Shown here: positions 53,911 to 61,382 of the stretch, one piece after another
Layout of the letters: each line of letters begins with the position of its first letter
How positions within the stretch are numbered: the first letter of the stretch is position 1
Origin: Verrucomicrobia bacterium UBA6176
GTDB taxonomy: Bacteria > Verrucomicrobiota > Verrucomicrobiia > Limisphaerales > UBA9464
DNA: 64,000 nucleotides
Direction: 5' to 3'
NCBI GenBank assembly: GCA_002422905.1
Contig: DITU01000116.1
Span: 40,717 to 104,716 of the forward strand
Notes under the pieces: generated by a model
Databases searched by the model: none
The model's input: the letters and a program-made list of their open reading frames with translations, nothing else
Told to the model about the DNA's origin: nothing
Made by a program: the position numbers and the translations under genes

Positions 53911-54768
53911 ATGACCGTCGCCATCATGAGTTCCCGGAACCGACAGCCAGCTTCACACCGAGGTTTCACCCTGATCGAGCTACTGGTTGTGATCGCCATC
54001 ATTGCGATCCTGGCCGGCATGCTCCTGCCGGCGTTGGGCAAGGCCAAGACCAAGGCCCAGGGCATCTCCTGCCTGAACAATCTCAAGCAGCTCCAACTCG
54101 GGTTCCAGATGTATCCGGCGGACAACCGCGATTTCCTCGTCAAACCGGGGAACAGTGGAAACGAGCCCTACTCCTGGGTTCAGGGCTGGGTCGATTTCAA
54201 TCCCGGCAATCCCGACAATACCAACACGACCCAACTTCTCGACCGCCGGAAGGCCGCCTTTGCCCCCTACATCCCCACCGCCGCAGTCTACAAGTGCCCG
54301 GCTGATCTCAGCCGCGTCACCATCGGTGGTGTCCGGCATCCGAGGGTCCGCTCGATGGGCATGAGCCAGGCCATCGGAGGCCCCGGTCCCTGGCTGGTTC
54401 CGGGATCCGGCATGAATGAATCCCAACGCCAGTACAAGGTGTTCGTCAAGGAATCGGACCTCGCCAATCCCGGCCCGGCCAATGTCTACGTGCTCCTGGA
54501 TGAACACCCCGATTCCATCAACGCCGGCGGCTTTGCCAACATGATGGTCGAAAACCGGAGTGCTGCCCGGATGATCGATTTCCCGTCGTCGTATCACAAC
54601 GGTGCTGCCGGCATCTCCTTTGCCGATGGTCACGCCGAGATCAAACGCTGGGTCGATCCCCGGACCAAACCACCCGCCCGCTACAACAACACCCTCTCCC
54701 TCAACGTCCCCAGCCCCAACAACCTCGACATCGTCTGGCTCTCGGAACGTACTTCCGTCCGCAACTGA
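53911..54768 (+). CDS. Prepilin-type N-terminal cleavage/methylation domain protein, DUF1559 (H-X9-DG) family
   Basis: [29 protein letters not shown] is the pilin-like N-terminus. The C-terminal [21 protein letters not shown] fits the H-X9-DG signature. Confidence 0.8.
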   Translation: MTVAIMSSRNRQPASHRGFTLIELLVVIAIIAILAGMLLPALGKAKTKAQGISCLNNLKQLQLGFQMYPADNRDFLVKPGNSGNEPYSWVQGWVDFNPGNPDNTNTTQLLDRRKAAFAPYIPTAAVYKCPADLSRVTIGGVRHPRVRSMGMSQAIGGPGPWLVPGSGMNESQRQYKVFVKESDLANPGPANVYVLLDEHPDSINAGGFANMMVENRSAARMIDFPSSYHNGAAGISFADGHAEIKRWVDPRTKPPARYNNTLSLNVPSPNNLDIVWLSERTSVRN

Positions 54769-54776
54769 TCCCTCCC

Positions 54777-55583
54777 ATGAAGCTCCCGAACCTTCCCCGT
54801 GCCGGTGACCGTCCCGACGGCTTCACCCTGATCGAGCTGCTCGTCGTCATCGCCATCATCGCCATCCTCGCCGGCATGCTCCTGCCTGCACTTTCCAAGG
54901 CCAAGGGCAAGGCGCTCGCCACCTCCTGCCTCAACAACTGCCGGCAGATGAGTGTTGCCACCCGGCTTTACGCCCAGGATTTCAACAGCCGCTATCCCTG
55001 GACCTTCTCCCTCGTCGGCAACCAGCAGGATCGCAAATCCTGGTACAATTACATCATGCCCTATCAGCAGGCCAAGAGGGTCCTGCTTTGCCCCGTCCGC
55101 CCCAAGCGCATCGGCGTTCGCGCCACCTCTTCCGTCTTCCTCGTCTCGACCGATGGCGAGATCGCCTATCCCGTCGATGGCACCGTCGGCAATTATGGCG
55201 CGAACTTCCGGCTCGGCGGTTGCTGGTGGCCTGGGACCTGGGAATTCAAGGGCATCACCGAGGAAACCGTCCGGAATCCGTCCGGCACGGTCCACCTCAG
55301 CGATGGCGGTGTCGCTGCCACCAACACCCGCGATCCCCAACGTTCCGTCACCCCCACCTCCCGCAAGAAGCCCGGTTGCTGGATCCTCCATGATCCGGGC
55401 AATGACGCCCCCTGCACCGGATGTGTTTCGTCGCCTGACGATCCCAACTGGGGCGGACCCGATCCGCGCCACGAATTCCGTTCCAACGTGATGTTCGTGG
55501 ATGGTCATACTGAATCCCTCAAGCCCGCCCAATGGTATTACGCGGGAACCCCGTTCCTGGACCCCGCCCGCGGCGGCCCATGA
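54777..55583 (+). CDS. Prepilin-type N-terminal cleavage/methylation domain protein, DUF1559-like (second tandem copy)
   Basis: N-terminus: [30 protein letters not shown]-terminal [19 protein letters not shown]. The stop overlaps the upp start (ATGA at 55580-55583). Confidence 0.8.
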   Translation: MKLPNLPRAGDRPDGFTLIELLVVIAIIAILAGMLLPALSKAKGKALATSCLNNCRQMSVATRLYAQDFNSRYPWTFSLVGNQQDRKSWYNYIMPYQQAKRVLLCPVRPKRIGVRATSSVFLVSTDGEIAYPVDGTVGNYGANFRLGGCWWPGTWEFKGITEETVRNPSGTVHLSDGGVAATNTRDPQRSVTPTSRKKPGCWILHDPGNDAPCTGCVSSPDDPNWGGPDPRHEFRSNVMFVDGHTESLKPAQWYYAGTPFLDPARGGP

Positions 55584-56200
55584 GTTCCCTCACCATCTCC
55601 TCGCATCCCCTGCTCGCCCGAGCCGTGACCCGGCTGCGGGATCAATCCACCTCCGCTTCGGATTTCCGCCGTTACCTGCATGAGGCCGGCCATCTGTTGG
55701 CATGTGAGGCCACCCGTCTCCTTCCCACCAGGAAGGTCCGGGTCCAGACCCCGCTCGCCGTCACCACCGGCCTGGACCTCCGTCGTGCCGTAGTCCTGGT
55801 CCCCGTCCTCCGTTCCGGACTCGCCCTGCTCGATCCCTTCCGCGAAATACTGCCCGACGCCCTGATCGGATTCGTCGGGCAACATCGGAACGAGGAAACG
55901 CTCCAGCCGGAAGCCTACCTCTTCAAGGTGCCGGAAGCCTCCCGGGCGGATGTCTTCGTGCTGGATCCCATGCTGGCCACGGGCGGCAGCGCTTCGGCCA
56001 CCCTCGATGACCTGAAGGCGCACGGGGCGAAACATCTGCATCTCGTCTGCCTGGTCGCCGCTCCGGAAGGGGTGCGTCGCATCCAGACAGCCCATCCCGA
56101 AGTCCCCATCCTTCTCGGCGCCCTCGACCGCCGCCTGAACGAACAGGGCTACATCGTCCCCGGTCTGGGCGATGCCGGGGACCGATTCTTCGGCACCTGA
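55580..56200 (+). CDS. upp: Uracil phosphoribosyltransferase
   Basis: Motifs: HPLL...LT.LRD..T....[10 protein letters not shown], the PRPP loop [14 protein letters not shown], and C-terminal [16 protein letters not shown]. Confidence 0.9.
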   Translation: MSSLTISSHPLLARAVTRLRDQSTSASDFRRYLHEAGHLLACEATRLLPTRKVRVQTPLAVTTGLDLRRAVVLVPVLRSGLALLDPFREILPDALIGFVGQHRNEETLQPEAYLFKVPEASRADVFVLDPMLATGGSASATLDDLKAHGAKHLHLVCLVAAPEGVRRIQTAHPEVPILLGALDRRLNEQGYIVPGLGDAGDRFFGT

Positions 56201-56250
56201 TTTATCCCTTGGCGCATCGCCATGGGACAAAGCACTTTCGGTCCAAGCGC

Positions 56251-57474
56251 ATGTCCGTCATTGAACGCACCATCACGGTGAGTTGGCGTCATCAGGTCCA
56301 TTTCACCGAGGACCTTTTTGATCCCGCCAACCCCCTGCTCCGCGATGTCCTCGCGGATGCGGAGTCCGCTCCGTTCAGCCGCAGGGCCAAGCTCCTCGTC
56401 ATCATCGATGAAGCCCTGGCCGAGGCCCGGCCCGATCTCGCCTCCGCGATCCAGGCCTATTGCACCGCCCATACCGACATCCTCGACCTCGTCTGCCCGC
56501 CCGTCCCCATCGTCGGCGGTGAAGCCGTCAAGAACGCCTACTTCCGCGTCTCCGAAATCCACGCCCTCATCGATCGTCACCACATCGACCGCCACAACTA
56601 CGTGGTCGCCATCGGCGGCGGTGCCCTGCTCGACATGGTGGGCCTTGCGGCCGCCACCGCGCATCGCGGGGTCCGACATGTGCGCGTTCCCACCACCACC
56701 CTTGCCCAGGACGATTCCGGGGTTGGCGTGAAGAACGGCATCAATGCGTTCGGGAAGAAGAACTTCATCGGAACGTTCGCCCCACCGTTCGCCGTCCTCA
56801 ACGATTTCAACCTGCTCGCCACCCTGTCCGACCGGGATCGTCGCGCCGGCTATGTGGAGGCTGTGAAGGTGGCCTGCATCCGCGATGCCGAGTTCTTCAC
56901 CTGGCTCGAGCAACAGGCCGAGGCCCTCGCCCGATTCGAGCCGGGCCCGATGAAGCGGCTCATCCAGCGCAGTGCTGAACTTCACCTCCATCATATCGCC
57001 ACCAGTGGGGATGCCTTTGAGATGGGCAGTGCACGCCCGCTCGATTTCGGGCACTGGGCTGCCCACAAACTCGAACAGCTCTCCGAATACCGGCTTCGCC
57101 ATGGTGAAGCCGTCGCCGTCGGCATCGCCCTCGATGTCCTTTATTCACGCGCCCGTGGTTTCCTCGCACCGGAACCTGCGGAACGGATCCTTCGCCTCCT
57201 TGAACGGCTCGGCTTCGAACTGTTCACCGCCGAACTCCTGCATCACGACACCGACCGCCAATTGCTCGTGGTGGCCGGCCTCGAAGAGTTCAGGGAACAT
57301 CTGGGTGGTCAACTGACCATCACCCTTCTCCAGGACATCGGCGCCGGTTTCGAGGTCCATGACATGTCCCTGCCGCTGGTGACCCAGTCCATCGAGGAAC
57401 TCCGTCAACGCCACCAACGCTCACGCCATACCGTCCCGTTTTCCCGCGAATCCATCTCCCAGGACCATCACTGA
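56251..57474 (+). CDS. 3-dehydroquinate-synthase-like sugar-phosphate cyclase family protein
   Basis: Motifs: VVAIGGGALLDMVGLAAATAHRGVRHVRVPTTTLAQDDSGVGVKNGIN.FGKKNFIGTF, the DHQS superfamily NAD/metal core, and HGEAVAVGIALD. The N-terminus HQVHFTEDLFDPANPLL is more like cyclases than canonical AroB. The TTG at 56209 is the maximal ORF. Confidence 0.65.
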   Translation: MSVIERTITVSWRHQVHFTEDLFDPANPLLRDVLADAESAPFSRRAKLLVIIDEALAEARPDLASAIQAYCTAHTDILDLVCPPVPIVGGEAVKNAYFRVSEIHALIDRHHIDRHNYVVAIGGGALLDMVGLAAATAHRGVRHVRVPTTTLAQDDSGVGVKNGINAFGKKNFIGTFAPPFAVLNDFNLLATLSDRDRRAGYVEAVKVACIRDAEFFTWLEQQAEALARFEPGPMKRLIQRSAELHLHHIATSGDAFEMGSARPLDFGHWAAHKLEQLSEYRLRHGEAVAVGIALDVLYSRARGFLAPEPAERILRLLERLGFELFTAELLHHDTDRQLLVVAGLEEFREHLGGQLTITLLQDIGAGFEVHDMSLPLVTQSIEELRQRHQRSRHTVPFSRESISQDHH

Positions 57475-57479
57475 TCCGG

Positions 57480-59237
57480 TCACCGCCCGGTTGAACGTCG
57501 CCAGTCCATCATTGCCCACGGATCCGACACCGACGCCGAGGAATCCACGTATCGCTCCAGATCCCGCAGGGCGATGCACCGATAACCTTCCTTCCGCAGC
57601 CATTCGACATACTCGGCAAACCGCTCCGGCGGGGTGTTCACCCAGGGATGTTCACGATCCGGCACCCCGTGGAATTGCAGCACGCTCACCCTTCCGTCCC
57701 GCGCCATTCCCGCCGCCCGCTTCAGATCTTCCAACGTCCAGACCGGCCTCGCATCCCCGGTCGTCGGTACCAGCAACGGATCATCCCGGCCCGGCTCATA
57801 CGCCACCCCGCGACCGGTCTCGTAAGCGAATTCTGGCTGTGCACCCCGACGCGCCCACCGGATCCCCATCCGGCGCAATACCGGCAGGGCACCGGGATGG
57901 ATGGCATTGCCCGGATAGGCAAAGCTCACCGGTCTCGGAATGCCATGGGCTTCACACTGTGCCGCGATGTGTTCCACCTCGCCCTGCAACCGGCCCAGGC
58001 TGGAGCCATTGATCCCCAGGTGGCTCCGCGTGTGGTTGCCGATCTCGAACCCGTCCCGATGCAATTCCGCAATCTGGTCCCAGGTCAGGTAGTCGGTCTT
58101 GTTGGTCGCAAATGAGAATCCTTCCGTGATGAAGAAGGTCGCACCGAACCCCGCCCGCTTCAGCAGGGGACGCACGTTGTGGTATTGCGACGCAACCGAA
58201 TCGTCGAAGGTCAGCACCACCAACCGGTCCGGCACCGGCTTCCGCAAAGCCCCGGCCCGCACTGCCGGTCCGTTGTCCGGAACGTCCACCACTTCACGCC
58301 TTAACCGCGCGATCTCACCGCGGATGTCTTCCCCCTCGTAGAACCAAAGCCAGCCCCGGGCCGAGCCAACCGCTCCCGGCGCGAGATCGTCCAGCCGGGG
58401 ATCCGAATGGATGCAGGGCAGCGGCGGATTCTGCCAGGCCCGGTTCAACCCATTCCACGCCGTCACGATCCATCGCTTTCCCCCGGCATCCCGACACGCG
58501 GCAAACGGGGGATCCAACACCTTGTTCACTTCGGTCTGATCCCCAAACCCCGCCGCCCGCCCCAGCATCACGCAGACCTGGCTTCGGATCGCGGTCACCG
58601 CCGATGTCGACCCGTTCCTCATCCACCAGCGCATGGCCAGATGGTTCGTCCCCGGCTTCGCAAACACCCCAAAGGACACTCCATCCGGCAATGCCCGTTG
58701 GGCTTCGAACACCCCATCGGGGCGTCGTTCCCATTCCAGCACCGGCAGCTTCAATCCGCGCTGATCCCAGATCGTTGGGATGTGTGTATGCGCCAGGTAG
58801 ACCAGCCCCGCACCCGTGAAGATCGCCTCGGGCACATCGACCACCACATAGGACGCCGGGTCCCAGGGCAGGAACACGCTCAGCTTCGTCTCCCGCTGCG
58901 GATCAATCGCGCCATCAAAGAACCCCAACCGCGGGTGTCGTCCCCCCGGATAAGGCCGGACCCGAACCATTCCATCCCGCACGCCCGTCGACCCGTTCGA
59001 AGGATGGATCCTCCAACGTTCCAGTGCCGACAGGATAGGAGCACGCTCCAGACCGGTGGCAGACATCACTTCCTCCACCGAAAAGCCGTGATCGCCGACC
59101 ATGTTCTCCAGCCAGACCTTGAGATCGCCGTCATCCCGTGGTGCCCGCGGGTTGTCCCCGCAGACCTGCAACATCAAGAGGAACAGCACCAGGCCACCCC
59201 CAGACTTCCATCCCCGTCGCATCGCATCCCGACACAT
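57480..59237 (-). CDS. Polysaccharide deacetylase (NodB homology domain) with a ~330-aa unassigned N-terminal domain
   Basis: The NodB core is VVLTFDDSVASQYHNVRPLLKRAGFGATFFI...DQIAELHRDGFEIGNHTRSH. The signal or lipoprotein-like N-terminus is MRRGWKSGGGLVLFLLMLQVC. The start is uncertain (59237 or 59222). Confidence 0.7.
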   Translation of the reverse strand: MCRDAMRRGWKSGGGLVLFLLMLQVCGDNPRAPRDDGDLKVWLENMVGDHGFSVEEVMSATGLERAPILSALERWRIHPSNGSTGVRDGMVRVRPYPGGRHPRLGFFDGAIDPQRETKLSVFLPWDPASYVVVDVPEAIFTGAGLVYLAHTHIPTIWDQRGLKLPVLEWERRPDGVFEAQRALPDGVSFGVFAKPGTNHLAMRWWMRNGSTSAVTAIRSQVCVMLGRAAGFGDQTEVNKVLDPPFAACRDAGGKRWIVTAWNGLNRAWQNPPLPCIHSDPRLDDLAPGAVGSARGWLWFYEGEDIRGEIARLRREVVDVPDNGPAVRAGALRKPVPDRLVVLTFDDSVASQYHNVRPLLKRAGFGATFFITEGFSFATNKTDYLTWDQIAELHRDGFEIGNHTRSHLGINGSSLGRLQGEVEHIAAQCEAHGIPRPVSFAYPGNAIHPGALPVLRRMGIRWARRGAQPEFAYETGRGVAYEPGRDDPLLVPTTGDARPVWTLEDLKRAAGMARDGRVSVLQFHGVPDREHPWVNTPPERFAEYVEWLRKEGYRCIALRDLERYVDSSASVSDPWAMMDWRRSTGR

Positions 59238-59518
59238 CCCGGCCCGGGCAAACTGAGGTGACATGCCCGCCCGTCTACACCGGTCTTGCAACCCGGGGAA
59301 GGATTCCGTTCCCCGGGTCCGTGCTGCGCACGAACCGGGGCTACCCGCTCTCATCCGTCCGGGATGAATCCCCACACCGAAGGCGTTCCAGCCAAGAGCC
59401 CCGGGAGCGAAGCCACCCGGGGTCCAAGGGTTGCGGATGAAATCCAACCGCCGAGGCCGGAGGGGTTGCAGCAGGTCCTTCCGCCGGACCGGAGTGGGGA
59501 ATCCTTGGGATACCTGAT

Positions 59519-61144
59519 TCAGGGTGATGCTTCGCTCACGCGCCGGTGTCGGAGCGGATGCCCAGGGCGGGTGCCGGTGACAGCGTCTTTCCTGACGACG
59601 GTAATGCCGTTGACCAGCACCCGATCAAATCCGGTCGCGTACTGGTGCGGTTCCCGGAATGTCGCCTCATCCTGAACCGCGGCTGGATCGAAGATCACCA
59701 GATCGGCCCAGGCGCCGGGTCGGATCTGTCCCCGATCCGCCAGTCGGAAAGTGGAGGCGGGCAGGGAAGTGAGGCGGCGGATGGCATCTTCCAGGGGCAA
59801 TACGCCTTGGTCGCGGACATAGCGGGAAAGCACCCGTGCTGCATTGCCGTAGCCGCGTGGATGCGGAACGCCTTCCCCGAACTTCCGGACGCCGCTGTCG
59901 GAGGCGAACATGGTGTTGGGATGGCGTGCGAAGATCCGGAGATCGTCCTCGGAGATGCCATGGAACACCGCGCTGGCCCCGCCGGCGGCCTGGATCTCGA
60001 GAATGGTTTCGATCTGGTCATCGACGGTGTCGGATCCCCGGCGTTTACGCGCTGCCTCGACCACGCTCAGGCCGTTGAGGCCGGTGTCGGCGGTGTGGCT
60101 GGCGATGACGGCATAGGCGTAGTTCGACCTGAGATTGGCGGCGAGACGGCGACGCATCTCGGTGATCATGGCCGCCTTGCGTTCGGGGTCGGCGAGGTTG
60201 GTCTTGAACAATCCGCCTTCCCGGAATGATTCGGGCACGAGTTGCGACAGGGAGGTGCTTGATGCCGTGTAGACGTATTGGTCGTGGGTGACGTCGACGC
60301 CCCCCGCCCGGGCAGCTTCGATGGCCGCCAGGATCTCCGCGGTGCGTCCCCAGGCGGCGTTGCCGCTGAGTTTGATGTGCGAGATCTCCACCCGAACCCC
60401 GGCTTCGCGCCCGATCCGCACCGCTTCGGCGATGGCTTCCAGGATATCGCGACCTTCGCTGCGCATGTGGCTGGCATAGGTGCCGTCGAAGGGCGCCACT
60501 TCCCGGGTCAGGGCGATGAGTTCGTCGGTGGTGGAGAAGGTGCCGGGGAGGTAGATGAGGCCGGTGGAAAGTCCGACCGCACCGGCTTCCATTCCCATCC
60601 GCACCTGTTCCTGCATGCGTTCCAGCTCCGCGGCGGTCGGCGGACGCGAGAACGATCCACCCATCACCTGCCCTCGAACCGTGCCCTGCCCGATCAACGT
60701 GGCGACGTTCACGGCGGTGGGGACGGTGTCGAGGCGACGGAAGAATTCGGCGATGTCGGGTGCGGACATGCCGCAATTGCCGGCGACAATGGTCGTGACC
60801 CCCATCCGGATGAAGTTTTCCGCCAGGGGCAGTTCCGCGACATCGTCGGCATGCGTGTGGACATCGATGAATCCCGGAGCAACGACCTTGCCGGTGGCAT
60901 CAATGATCTCGTTGGCCTCGCCGAGATGACGGCCGATGGCGACGATCCGGCCTTGGCGCAATCCGAGATCGGCAAACCGCGCGGGATTACCGGTGCCGTC
61001 GATGACCCGGCCGCCGCGGATGAGGGTGTCGAACGATTCGGCGTGAACCCCGGCCAGCGTGGTGAAGACGAGTAGGAATTGAAGGAGTCGCGGAACAGCG
61101 GGCTTCGTGGATTTCCGGACGGAAGGCGGTGGACCGGCGCGCAT
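59519..61144 (-). CDS. N-acyl-D-amino-acid deacylase (D-aminoacylase) family amidohydrolase
   Basis: Signal-like N-terminus. Motifs: RVIDGTGNP...ATGKVVAPGFIDVHTHAD, GVTT.V.GNCG, EISHIK, and ASDSG. The start was set at the ATG at 61144. Confidence 0.8.
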   Translation of the reverse strand: MRAGPPPSVRKSTKPAVPRLLQFLLVFTTLAGVHAESFDTLIRGGRVIDGTGNPARFADLGLRQGRIVAIGRHLGEANEIIDATGKVVAPGFIDVHTHADDVAELPLAENFIRMGVTTIVAGNCGMSAPDIAEFFRRLDTVPTAVNVATLIGQGTVRGQVMGGSFSRPPTAAELERMQEQVRMGMEAGAVGLSTGLIYLPGTFSTTDELIALTREVAPFDGTYASHMRSEGRDILEAIAEAVRIGREAGVRVEISHIKLSGNAAWGRTAEILAAIEAARAGGVDVTHDQYVYTASSTSLSQLVPESFREGGLFKTNLADPERKAAMITEMRRRLAANLRSNYAYAVIASHTADTGLNGLSVVEAARKRRGSDTVDDQIETILEIQAAGGASAVFHGISEDDLRIFARHPNTMFASDSGVRKFGEGVPHPRGYGNAARVLSRYVRDQGVLPLEDAIRRLTSLPASTFRLADRGQIRPGAWADLVIFDPAAVQDEATFREPHQYATGFDRVLVNGITVVRKDAVTGTRPGHPLRHRRVSEASP

Positions 61145-61382
61145 GGCTGAAAGGATGGGCCGGTTGGAGGCGGGGTCACAGGGGATTGTGGCAGGGAAGG
61201 GGAGAAGGGGTTCGGAAGCTCGCCCCTGGTTCCGGGTCATGCGCGCGGGCGTGGTAACCGACCGGTATTGGGGGTTTGCTGATACTCCGGAAGCAGGGCA
61301 ACACTGGTTCAAAATCCGCTCCACTGATTGGATGCCAGCATCCGCGGATCGTTGTACCGCCTCACCTTTCACCGATGAACCG

